Positions 10,860-22,000 of a DNA stretch of 64,000 bases are shown piece by piece; the first letter of the stretch is position 1; the number at the start of each line of letters is the position of its first letter. Location: the NCBI GenBank assembly GCA_965240325.2, contig OZ251226.1, positions 248,001 through 312,000 on the forward strand, given 5' to 3'. Below the pieces are notes generated by a model that searched no databases, was not told the origin of the DNA, and worked only from the letters and a program-made list of their open reading frames with translations. The stretch is from Rebecca billardiae RCC1528. Lineage: Eukaryota; Protista; Haptophyta. The position numbers were made by a program, and so were the translations under genes.

Positions 10860-12458
10860 ATGGCGGCGGCGCCGCCGGCGGCGGCGAGCACGCGGTGGTG
10901 CCTCCTGGCTTTCGCAGCATCCGTGGCCTCTGCGGCGCTTCCCGCTTCCGTGCCTCTGGCGCACTCCGTCGCAGTTGGCGCCATCGTGGACACGCTCACG
11001 CGGCCCGCCGCCCCGTCGGCCGAGAAGGTGCTCAAGAAGCACCTGCGCCGCGCGCAGCGCAACGGCGCGCTCGAAGAGGACGACCGCAAGCTCGTTGCGC
11101 AGCAGGTGCTCGGCGTTGTGGTCAAGAGGCGGCGGCTCGAATACCTGCTGGACCAGGCGCTAGAGAGCTTCCGGCCATGCCAGCCCGTGCTCGACAGCGA
11201 GGCGCATGCCGAGCTCCTTCTCACCCTGTTAAGCCTCGAGGCCGGCGCCGAGCCTCGCCTTGCGGCCGTGCCACTCACGCGCCACGCGCTCGGAGGTGAG
11301 AGCGCTTCAGCACTCGTGCGCGCCCTGCAGCACGCCGTGAGCCACCCATCATGGCCGGATGGCGCGCTCGACGCGCTTGCCGTGCGCCACTCGCTGCCGA
11401 CGTGGCTGTGCGAGCTGTGGTGCGATGCGCTGAGCGCACCGCCCACTGCGCTCGCTGTCGATGCGCTCGCGGCAGCAGCCAGTGCGCGCGGGCCGCTCGT
11501 GCTCCGCACGAACACGCTCCGCACGAGCCGCGACGCGCTGTTGCGCGCGCTCGGCGAGGAGGGCGTGCGTGCCGTGCCGACGCCCTACTCCACGCTCGGC
11601 CTGCTGCTGCCTGATGGCCGGCCGCGCGCGTGTGGGGAGGCTGCGAGCGCACACGGCGCGGCAGCTCGCGGGGGCGGCGTCTTCAACCTCGAGGCATGGA
11701 AGGCGGGCCTGTGCGAGCTGCAAGACGAAGGTTCTCAGCTGATCGCGCTCGCGAGCGGCGCGCGGCCGGGCGCCACCGTCGTCGACTACTGCGCAGGCAA
11801 CGGAGGCAAGACACTCGCCCTGGCCGCCATGATGCGCGGCACCGGCCAGCTGTGGGTGCATGACACGCGCCTGGACAGGCTCGCGCAGATCAGCGGGCGT
11901 GCTCGCCGCGCGGGCGTGCCGCCAGGCCTGGTGCGCGTCCTCCCGCGCCAGGAGCGGACACGAGATCAGCCGAGCCCGCCGGGCAGCGCAGATGTGGTCC
12001 TGGTCGATGCGCCGTGCTCTTCGACCGGCGTGCTGCGCAGGCACCCGTCGCTCAGGTGGGAGCTGACGGCGGACGAATGCACCAGGAAGCTACCCGCCCT
12101 GCAGCGCCAGATCCTGCGGGAGGCGTGCGCGCTGGTGCGCCCCGGCGGTGGCGTGCTGCTGTACGCGACCTGCGCCATCAACGCGCACGAGGGCGAGCAG
12201 GTGGCGGACTGGGCGGAGGCGGAGCTGCTGGCGGGTGAGCTCGAGCCGTGGCCGTTCGACGGCGAAGGTGGGGATCATGCGGCCGGTGGGGACGATACGG
12301 AGGGCGCGCTGGCAGCGGCTGTGAGAGCGTCCGGCGGCGGGGATGCGGGGATGGCTCTGCCGCCGCCTGGCAGCATGAGCAAGCCAGGCCGGCTGCAGCT
12401 GCTGCCCACCGTGCACGGCACCGATGGCTTCTTCATCGCGCGCTGGCATCGTCGCTGA
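10860..12458 (+). CDS. RsmB/NOL1/NSUN RNA m5C methyltransferase, putatively organelle-targeted
   Basis: QDEGSQ, VDYCAGNGGKT, VLVDAPCSSTG, YATCA, HGTDGFFIA motifs. Confidence 0.9.
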   Translation: MAAAPPAAASTRWCLLAFAASVASAALPASVPLAHSVAVGAIVDTLTRPAAPSAEKVLKKHLRRAQRNGALEEDDRKLVAQQVLGVVVKRRRLEYLLDQALESFRPCQPVLDSEAHAELLLTLLSLEAGAEPRLAAVPLTRHALGGESASALVRALQHAVSHPSWPDGALDALAVRHSLPTWLCELWCDALSAPPTALAVDALAAAASARGPLVLRTNTLRTSRDALLRALGEEGVRAVPTPYSTLGLLLPDGRPRACGEAASAHGAAARGGGVFNLEAWKAGLCELQDEGSQLIALASGARPGATVVDYCAGNGGKTLALAAMMRGTGQLWVHDTRLDRLAQISGRARRAGVPPGLVRVLPRQERTRDQPSPPGSADVVLVDAPCSSTGVLRRHPSLRWELTADECTRKLPALQRQILREACALVRPGGGVLLYATCAINAHEGEQVADWAEAELLAGELEPWPFDGEGGDHAAGGDDTEGALAAAVRASGGGDAGMALPPPGSMSKPGRLQLLPTVHGTDGFFIARWHRR

Positions 12459-12515
12459 TGAGTGAGATGAGTAAATTCCGCCCGCCTATTAATAGTTTTA
12501 ACATATGCGCTTAAT

Positions 12516-14918
12516 GGCCCGCGGTGCAGGGCGGAGCGCGTAGCGTGGAGCCCCGCCGGGGGCCCTCACTACGTTGTCAAAAAGATCTTTTGATCAAAGA
12601 AAAGGGGATGGGGGACGATTTTGAGGGCTGTTGGAGGGTGAGTTTTCGATTTTTCGAGGGGTACGTTGGCCCATAGTGCTCTGCATTAGCAACTACGCGC
12701 TTGACGAAATAAGCGCGCCCACGCCATTCCGCATAAGTCGATGGACGGACGTGGGATCAGATACCCCGGGGGTGAAACAAGTGAGTATTTTTGTCCTTCT
12801 TGTATGCTGGGGTACGAGTTTGCCGAGCGACGTTTGATTGTTTTGGGTCGAAAACAGCTATGAGGCCAGATTCTTTTGAATAGCGCTTGTGAAAAGAAGT
12901 TACCCGCCTGTCTCGATGGATGAACCGCCTCATGGTATTGAAAGAGATTCTTTTGAATAGCGCTTTTAAACCAAGTTACCCACCTGTCTCGTTGGATGAA
13001 CCTCCTCATCATATTGAAGAGATTCTTTTGAATAGCGCTATTTAAAGCCAGTTACCCGCTTGCCTCGATGGATGAACCGCCTTGATAATATTGAAAGATA
13101 TTCTTTTGAATAGCGCTTGTCACAACCAAGTTACCCGCCTGTCAGCTGTCTCGTGCTCGCGAGCGGCGCGACGACATCGGCCCGAGCGAGGATGCCGCCC
13201 TTCAAAGGCGCGCACCGAGTGCGTGCGCGACGGGTGCCGGCCGGCCGCTGGTCTCGACCTATCGCCCTCGGCCCTCCCCGAGCGCGCCTGCAGGTACCTC
13301 CGGACGCGCATTCGGCTTGCTCACTCGATCAGCTCACTCACAGCTGCCGGTCACGCAGCCGCGCGGCGGCCCCGCGACCAGGTCCGCGGCCCAAAGTGTG
13401 TGTGCGCGCCGCGCCGGTGCCCTCGCGCCGGTGGCGTGGGCTGGCTGGCCGCTGGTCTCGCCCACGCGCCCCACTCGCCCCAAGCGCGCAACGCCTGCGG
13501 GAAGCGCCGGCACCATACCTACCTAACCTGCGCGTCGACGCCCGTCCCGCCGCGGCCCGCGCCTCGATCGATCGTCGATCGGACCGCGTGCGTGCGACTC
13601 CGTCCGCGCCCGCGCGCAGGGTGGGAGGGGCTGATGCAGGAGCAGATGCAGGACTACCTCGAAATTGCACGCGACGAGGAGGTGCCCAGCGCGCACTTTA
13701 CGCTGCGCGCATCATCGAGTGGTCGCCCAGCGAGCGCGGCAGCTGGCCACCGGGCCGGCTGACGGCGGGCGCAGCTGCCAGCTGCGGACGCGCAGCGGGC
13801 GCGGAGTGGAAGCCGGCGCAGCGGCCGGGCAGCGGCGGCCGGCGCGGCAGCACGCTCGTATACATCGCGGCAGCTACCGCCGTCGTGCGGGGAAAGCACA
13901 CGCTCTCGGCGGCTTCCAACCAAGATGCCGACGGGCCACGGCGTGCACTCCGTGCAGGCTGCGTGCGCGCTGCAGTGGCTGTGTCGAGCTGCTGCGGCGT
14001 GTGCTCGAGGCGCGGCGCTCGCACGGGCTACGCGGGCGCAGCGGGTGCGCGCAGCTGGCGCACGCAGTGCCACGTCCTGCGGCGCCAGTTTGGCGGCCGT
14101 CCGCCCCCCCGAGCTCGAGTTCTGCGCGCTTTGCGACGGCGCGGCCGGCAGCGCCCATCTGCCTGCTTGCTTGGGCACGCCAGCATGTCCGCCGCCGGGC
14201 CTGCTGCGCGCGCCGAAGCTGGAGGGCGGAGGAGGGCGCTGGGCTGCTCCTACGGCGTGCTGCAGCCCGGGCAGGCTCTACCGCGGCGCGGCGAGGCCGT
14301 CGCGCCTGCTCGCCGCCGTCGAGTCGCCCGTGCTGCGTGACCCTCGGCCGCACGTGCTCGCTCGGCGGAACCGCAGCAGGCGTCCCATACCAGTATACTC
14401 GAGCCGCTGTGCGCACCCAAGGCGCGAGCTGCTCGAGCGGGCCAGGTGGGCCCAGGGGGTGCGTGCAGCTGGCACACGCAGCCCCGGCCCGTGTCATGGG
14501 GTGTCGGTTTGACGGTCGCCAGCCCCTGTGGGCTCGAGCGCTGTGCGCTTCACCACGGAGGTGCTGGCAGCGCCCCGCGGCGCGCAACGGCGGGGCAGCA
14601 TGGCCGCCGCCGGCGCCGCCGCACATGCCGCCGCTTACGGGCAGTCGAGAGCTTGCTTGGGGCAGCACCTACGGCGCATGCTGCAGCTCGGGGCGGGCTC
14701 TGCCAGCCTGCTGTGGCGTGATCGCGCATTTTCCAGACCGTCGACTCGCCCGCGCTGCATAATAATATTCCATTATTCGTTTGCCGCGCGTGCTCGACGG
14801 CGCTCCGCGCTGCTGCTGCCGCTACGGCCGCGCGTTGGACGGACAGCATATGCCGACGGAGGGTGCACCGCGGGCCCCTAACTACGTTGGTTCTACGGAA
14901 GGACCGCGGAACGCGGTC
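12516..14918 (+). mobile_element. non-autonomous hairpin-ended element (alpha 5' end, type-1 3' end)
   Basis: 5' GGCCCGCGGTGCAGGGCGGAGCG..AAAAGATCTTTTGATC shared with 59095 and 63468(rc); subterminal inverted TGCACCGCGGGCC at ~14865; 3' hairpin; AT on both flanks. Confidence 0.7.
12868..13143. repeat. 75-78 bp tandem repeat, ~3.6 copies, inside element
   Basis: TTCTTTTGAATAGCGCT starts at 12871, 12948, 13023, 13101. Confidence 0.9.
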
Positions 14919-15662
14919 ATAATACAATATTATAATTTATTTAAATCACATATATATAGCTATATATATATATATATTGCCGCGATCCGCACATCATCCG
15001 ATCCTGAATGAAGGCATCAGCTGCAACTTAGAGTCGTCGCAGCGGTAGTTTAACATCGTCGTCAACTAAACAAGCCACTACAAGGTCGCCGACACGATCA
15101 CGGCATATCATCGTCTGATCGATCGATTATATATCAGCGCAGTGCGTCAGTGATGGTATATATATATATATATGCTAGCTGAGTTATTGTCATCTGGAGT
15201 CTAGTCACTAGTCGGCGCAGCGTCGAGCCCGTCGTCTGAATAACGTCTGATGTCTCTGATCAAGGCCCTTGCTCTGATGCCACTTGTAACTTGACGACAT
15301 GCAGGGCAACCACCGCGACCAGGGCCGCCTAATTAAGCAGACTTAACGTAGTCTTATAATATTATAAATAAGAAGTCGCGCTGATGTTTCGCTTGCTTGG
15401 CCCGATGCCGATGCCGATGGCCGGTCGTGCATGGCCACCGCCATGGGCCTGACACTGACAGTGACTGCCGCACCGTAGCTACGCCTGCTGCATGAGTCAC
15501 TGCTCCGTCTGCTGACGGCTAGTACTATGAGCGCGTGCCTCCGAGCGCGGGGCGGCCGCTTGCTGCAATGGCCGCCTCGATGAGGTGCGGCAACGCGCCC
15601 CTCACCTGCCTGCGCCGGTCTGTTTTGTGGCGGTGTCTTTGTGGAGTGTTGCATGGCGTCAA

Positions 15663-17566
15663 TTACGGTTGTATAACCGCTCGGTTATGCGGGTATAACT
15701 CACCGGTAGCCCTCATGAGGGCGGGCTGGCAGCCAGGGTCCGGCTGCCTGGAGGTTTTCCGGTCGTCAAGCCGAGCCAGGCCCGGATTGGGCGCGGGCCT
15801 GGATTGGCTCAGCAGCTTGGCAAGCGATGCGCATCTGGGTGCGGCCGCGCTCGCTGGCTGCACCCGCGGCGCGGCGGCCGGCGTGGCTGCTCTGGTCACC
15901 GCTGCGCTGGTGGCTGCTCCTCCTCTGGGAGTTGTTTCTTCCAGGTGCGTGTGCGTCGGCGGTAGGCCGCCCTCAGCCCTCGCTCTCTCCACTCGTGCAC
16001 CTGCCCTGCTTGCTCTCTGCTTTCGATGGGGGCGCCTCGGAGCCGCTTCGAGGCGTCCCCGTCTGCAATCTTCTCATGCTCTATCTGCTTTCGACGGGGG
16101 CGCCTCGGAGCCGCTTCGAGGCGTCCCCGTCTGCAATCTATCTTCTCATGCTCTGCTTTCGATGGGGGCGCCTCGGAACCGCTTCGAGGCGTCCCCGTCT
16201 GCAATCTTCTCATGCTCTGCTTTCAATGGGGGCGCCTCGGAACCGCTTCGAGGCGTCCCCGTCTGCAATCTTCTCATGCTCTGCTTTCGATGGGGGCGCC
16301 TGGGAACCGCTCCCAGGCGTCCCCGTCTGCAATCTTCTCACGCTTCGCAGTCTCGCTTGCCTTCATCGCCTGGCGGGTGGGTGCTGCTCTTTCCTTCTCT
16401 GCCGCCTCCTCTGCAGTCTGCCGTGCACTGCTGTGTGTGGGATGCGACCTGCTACCTTATCTGACGCTACGCGTGCGTGTCTCGCGCCTGCTTCCCGCCT
16501 GCGCCGCCGCCGCCGCGCATGTCTTCGTGCCCACTGTCTCATGCCGTCTGGATCGTCCTTACTCATACAACCCTGCTGGGAGCCCCTCTGGGCCTCTGCC
16601 GCCTTCGGTCCTCGCGCTACCCCTTCGGCGGCCTCGGCCTCTTCGGGCCCCCGGCCACCACCCCTGCGGGGTGTGGCATTCCACACCTCCTTCTGGGTGG
16701 AGGCCCTCGAGGCCTCTGCCTCCTGCGGCGCCGCGCTCTGCCCAAACTTGCGTTGGGGGGGGGCGTCGGCTGCCAGCGCCTGCGGTCTACGTGCTCCATC
16801 GAGTACTTCCTCTTCGGCGTCTAGGCGGTCATCGGCTTCTGTCGGCGTAGTTGCTCGAATGCATCGGCGAGTCCTTCCTGGTCGGCGTCGCATCCTGGAC
16901 GGCTTCGGGGGTGTGACCTAGTCACCTCACGCGTTTATCAACGCGGCCCCCACCTCAATCTACTCTCATGTGGGTCTACCGAGTGAGTTATGGTTGTATA
17001 ACCGCTCGGTTATGCGGGTATAACTCACCGGTAGCCCTCATGAGGGCGGGCTGGCAGCCAGGGTCCGGCTGCCTGGAGGTTTTCCGGTCGTCAAGCCGAG
17101 CCAGGCCCGGATTGGGCGCGGGCCTGGATTGGCTCAGCAGCTTGGCAAGCGATGCGCATCTGGGTGCGGCCGCGCTCGCTGGCTGCACCCGCGGCGCGGC
17201 GGCCGGCGTGGCTGCTCTGGTCACCGCTGCGCTGGTGGCTGCTCCTCCTCTGGGAGTTGTTTCTCCCTGCCCTCCCACCCTGCTGGTTGCTGGGTGGGCA
17301 TGGCCTTGGGTGCGCGCGGTGTCGGGGGGGTGGAGGCCCTCGAGGCCTCTGCCTCCTGCGGCGCCGCGCTCTGCCCAAACTTGCCCTCTTCGGCGTCTAG
17401 GCGGTCATCGGCTTCTGTCGGCGTAGTTGCTCGAATGCATCGGCGAGTCCTTCCTGGTCGGCGTCGCATCCTGGACGGCTTCGGGGGTGTGACCTAGTCA
17501 CCTCACGCGTTTATCAACGCGGCCCCCACCTCAATCTACTCTCATGTGGGTCTACCGAGTGAGTTA
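15663..17566 (+). mobile_element. miniature split-direct-repeat element (A-x-B-A-y-B), Ngaro/PAT/TOC-like non-autonomous YR retroelement
   Basis: A 15663-15939 = 16988-17264; B ~16695-16990 = ~17328-17566 (57-bp deletion in the second B); TTA at left end, B/A junction and right end. Confidence 0.75.
16012..16340 (+). repeat. 64-bp tandem repeat x5, each with a 17-bp stem hairpin
   Basis: units at 16017, 16085, 16153, 16217, 16281. Confidence 0.95.
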
Positions 17567-17689
17567 TACGCCTACCGGGAGGTGTTACGCGGATTACGAC
17601 ACTTGCGGGACGAACGGCGGCGGGGCCGCTCGCGAGACGCGGGTGGAAGCTCCGGCCTGCTTGCCAACCTGAGAAGCGAGCGCTGCTCG

Positions 17690-18766
17690 ATGGCGTGCTT
17701 CTCACGCCTCAAGCTAGCATGTCTGGCGGTCGCGCTTGCGTGCCACCCCGTCGCTCTCGTTCGCATGCCCGTGCGGGACGCGCTTCACGACGTGGGCGCG
17801 ATCACGACGGGTGGCCTGCTTGGCACGAGCGATATCCTCTCCAACATTCGCCTGCGCTTCTGCCCGCGCCGCGCGGCCGTTGATGCGCCCGCGCTCGCGC
17901 GAAAGTATGCCGGCAAGACATACATCATCACGGGCGCGAACGCTGGGGTCGGACTGTCCACCGCTCGGCTGCTGGCCGAGGGCGGGGCGAGTGTTATCCT
18001 CGCATGCCGCTCCGTGGAGCGCGCACGAGCAGCAGCTGCATGCGTGCAGGAAGCCGCGGCGCCCGAAGCCTCCGTGCACGTGGAGCAGCTTGATTTATGC
18101 TCCCTCCAGAGCGTGCGCGCCTTCGCGCGCCGCCTCCGCAAGCGGCGCGTTTACGCGTTGATCGCCAACGCGGGCATCATGGCCACGCCGTACGCTCGCT
18201 CCGAGGACGGGCTCGAGGCGCAGTGGGCGGCGAACTTCCTCGGGCACTACGCGCTGGTGCGGCTGCTGTGGGCGCAGCTGTGCGCCTCGCACGGGCGCGT
18301 GCTCCTCCTCTCCTCCGTCGCGCACTACGGCGGCTTCCGCGCGCGAGAGCTCGAGCGGCTGCAGGACGAATGCGCCTCCGCCGAGGGTTATAATCCGTAC
18401 AAGGCTTACAAGCGCTCCAAGTGGGCGCTGACCTGCCTCGCGGCCGAGCTGCACAGCCGCGCGGGCGAGGACGGGCCGACGTCGATCGCGGTGCACCCGG
18501 GGCTGGTCGACACGAAGCTCGCGCTCGGCTTCTTCCGCCAGTACGCCCCCGCGGCGCTGCTCGACCCGGTGGCCCATGCGCTGCTGCGCACGCCGGACGA
18601 GTCCGCACGCTCCGTGCTCGACGCGCTCGAGATGCCGCGTGCTGAAGCGGGCGGGAGGTACGTGGTCGATGGGCGTCCGCACCGTGCGGACGGGCGCATT
18701 ACGCCCGCGACCCGCGCGGCCCTTTGGGACCTCGCCGCGAGGCAGGCTGGGATGCCTGCCGAGTAG
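17690..18766 (+). CDS. short-chain dehydrogenase/reductase (retinol DH/WWOX-like)
   Basis: IITGANAGVG, ILACRS, LDLCSL.SVRAF, NAGIM, NFLGHY, YKRSK, VHPGLVDT. Confidence 0.9.
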   Translation: MACFSRLKLACLAVALACHPVALVRMPVRDALHDVGAITTGGLLGTSDILSNIRLRFCPRRAAVDAPALARKYAGKTYIITGANAGVGLSTARLLAEGGASVILACRSVERARAAAACVQEAAAPEASVHVEQLDLCSLQSVRAFARRLRKRRVYALIANAGIMATPYARSEDGLEAQWAANFLGHYALVRLLWAQLCASHGRVLLLSSVAHYGGFRARELERLQDECASAEGYNPYKAYKRSKWALTCLAAELHSRAGEDGPTSIAVHPGLVDTKLALGFFRQYAPAALLDPVAHALLRTPDESARSVLDALEMPRAEAGGRYVVDGRPHRADGRITPATRAALWDLAARQAGMPAE

Positions 18767-19079
18767 TTCGTCGAAGTGTGCGCATCAGGCTCGATCTTTC
18801 GATCTATTATTTTTCCTTTGCCCGCTGCAAAAAAAAGCATCGGCGCGCGAGCGCTGCAACCAAAGAAATTGCAACGGCCGTCGGCAACCGCCCATGCAGC
18901 TCGAGATCGGAACATAGGCCGTTTCGCCCAAAAATTCGCCAACTGCTTATGATAGGAAGCACCGTGTGCAGCGCGCTCCGATGGACCAAGGGCCGTGGAT
19001 GGACAGAGGCAGCTCGCGAAATCGAAATCGACCTGGCCGCGGGCCTCTCTTTTGAGCGTGCAGCGCGCAGCTCTCGCCG

Positions 19080-22000
19080 ATGCCGCGCCGGCAGCGCTAC
19101 CCTACGCCGGGCCCGGGCTACTACGAGGTCGGCTCAGCAGCGTGGTGCGACTGCCAGCCTCAGCAGCAGGCGCCGTTCGGCTCGAGCTCGCGGCGATCCA
19201 CGTTTGAGGCCGCGCAGAGCAACACAGGGCCCGGGCAGTATAACGTGAGCAACTACCGCAGCGTGGGCTGCGAATGGCGCTCGTCGCCCAACGCGACGGC
19301 CCATGCGGGCACGCACACGTTCATCTACCGCGCAAAGCGCCGGACGCTACACGAATCGCCCGACTACACGCCGCCGCCAGGCGCATACGAAGTGAAGGAT
19401 TCGTGGAGTCATCGCGGATCCGAGTCGGCATTCCGCTCAGGATCACCGCAGCGCGCACAACAGACGCGCAGCGGCACGCCGGGAGCGGGAGCGTACGACG
19501 TACGTGAGGGTGCGATCAGCGACAGGGGCACCTCGGCCGCGTTCAAGAGCAAAGAGCGCCGCTTCCGCGATGACGAGCCGAGTGGCCCGCTCGGCCCGGG
19601 CGCCTACGAGGCGCATGAGTACCACTCCATGTCGCGCGGTATGCGCCTCCTGCGCCCTACCCGCGCCCCCGCTGCCGTGCTCGTGTGCGTGTGCGATCTC
19701 CGCGAGCAGCTCCCGAAAGGCCGTAGGCCCAGCGCGCGTGCGCGCGGATGAGAGCATGCCCTACACAGCGCATGCGACGGCTGCATGCGTGTGCACGTGC
19801 AGCATGCATGCGCGCCACTCGCGCCTGGCACTCAAAGCTCACACCACGCCCACTCGGCGTCCCTCTCTACCCTGCGCCTCACCATGCTCGCCCACAGGCT
19901 CGTCCCCACGTCGCCGCAGCTCGCCCGCGTTCGCATCGCGCACGCCGCGCGACACCTCGCCAAACAGCCGCGACCCGAGCCCCGGACCCGGCGCGTACGA
20001 CGTGCAGCGCCCGCGGCATCGGGACTCGAACCGGCCATCCGCTGCCTTCCGCTCGGCTCGAAGGCGTGAGAAGAGCGACCAGACCGGCGAACCCGCGGCG
20101 TACGACCCCAAGGTGCGCGCCATCGGCTCTCGTGGCACTTCCTTTGGCTTCAAGTCACGCAGCTCGCAGCGAGATCTCGGCCACGGCGGCGAAGCCACGC
20201 CGGGCCCAGGCCACTACGACTTGCGCGGCGCCGAGGGCAAGGGCACGACATTTGGCTTCAAGTCGAGCTCGGGCCGTGACCTGCACGGTGCCTCGGACAC
20301 GCCCGGCCCCGGCAGCTACGACCTGCGAGGGCCTGAGGGCAAGGGCACCACCTTCGGCTTCAAGTCTGGGTCAGGCCGCGAGCTGCACGGCGCGTCGGAC
20401 ACGCCGGGCCCGGGCAGCTACGACCTGCGCGGCATGGAGGGCAAGGGCACGACTTTCGGCTTCAAGTCGCGCTCAGGCCGCGAGTTGCACGGCGCGTCGG
20501 ACACGCCGGGCCCGGGCAGCTACGACTTGCACGGCGCGCAGGGCAAGGGCACGACGGCGGCGTTCAAGTCACGCTCGGGCCGCGACCTGCGTGCTGACTC
20601 GGACACGCCGGGCCCGGGCAGCTACGACCTGCGCGGCATGGAGGGCAAGGGCACGACTTTCGGCTTCAAGTCGCGCTCAGGCCGCGAGCTGCACGGCGCG
20701 TCGGACACGCCGGGCCCGGGCAGCTACGACTTGCACGGCGCGCAGGGCAAGGGCACGACGGCGGCGTTCAAGTCACGCTCGGGCCGCGACCTGCGTGCTG
20801 ACTCGGACACGCCGGGCCCGGGCAGCTACGACCTGCGCGGCATGGAGGGCAAGGGTACGACTTTCGGCTTCAAGTCGCGCTCAGGCCGCGAGCTGCACGG
20901 CGCGTCGGACACGCCGGGCCCGGGCAGCTACGACCTGCACGGCGCGCAGGGCAAGGGCACGACGGCGGCGTTCAAGTCACGCTCGGGCCGCGACCTGCGT
21001 GCTGACTCGGACACGCCGGGCCCGGGCAGCTACGACCTGCGCGGCATGGAGGGCAAGGGCACGACTTTCGGCTTCAAGTCGCGCTCAGGCCGCGAGCTGC
21101 ACGGCGCGTCGGACACGCCGGGCCCGGGCAGCTACGACCTGCACGGCGCGCAGGGCAAGGGCACGACGGCGGCGTTCAAGTCACGCTCGGGCCGCGACCT
21201 GCACGGCGGATCGGATACGCCGGGCCCGGGCAGCTACGACCTGCGCGGCATGGAGGGCAAGGGTACGACTTTCGGCTTCAAGTCGCGCTCAGGCCGCGAG
21301 CTGCACGGCGCGTCGGACACGCCGGGCCCGGGCAGCTACGACCTGCACGGCGCGCAGGGCAAGGGCACGACGGCGGCGTTCAAGTCACGCTCGGGCCGCG
21401 ACCTGCACGGCGGATCGGATACGCCGGGCCCGGGCAGCTACGACCTGCGCGGCATGGAGGGCAAGGGTACGACTTTCGGCTTCAAGTCGCGCTCAGGCCG
21501 CGAGCTGCACGGCGCGTCGGACACGCCGGGCCCGGGCAGCTACGACCTGCACGGCGCGCAGGGCAAGGGCACGACGGCGGCGTTCAAGTCACGCTCGGGC
21601 CGCGACCTGCACGGCGGATCGGATACGCCGGGCCCGGGCAGCTACGACCTGCGCGGCATGGAGGGCAAGGGTACGACTTTCGGCTTCAAGTCGCGCTCAG
21701 GCCGCGAGCTGCACGGCGCGTCGGACACGCCGGGCCCGGGCAGCTACGACTTGCACGGCGCGCAGGGCAAGGGCACGACGGCGGCGTTCAAGTCACGCTC
21801 GGGCCGCGACCTGCGTGCTGACTCGGATACGCCGGGCCCGGGCAGCTACAACCTGCGCGGCATGGAGGGCAAAGGTACGACTTTCGGCTTCAAGTCGCGC
21901 TCGGGCCGCGAGCTGCACGGCGCGTCGGACACGCCGGGCCCGGGCAGCTACAACCTGCACGGCGCGCAGGGCAAGGGCACTACTGCGGCGTTCAAGTCAC

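Noticed and set aside
13082-14881. Transposase/Fanzor/TnpB in long element-internal ORFs
   Set aside because: No RuvC, DDE, HUH, RT or YR motifs recognisable by eye; profile searches could still reveal remnants
16012-16340. CRISPR array
   Set aside because: Linkers are near-identical, not unique spacers; no cas genes; eukaryotic context
17546-17689. N-terminal extension of the SDR ORF
   Set aside because: Non-ATG start lying inside the mobile element B repeat; ATG 17690 gives a sensible N-terminus
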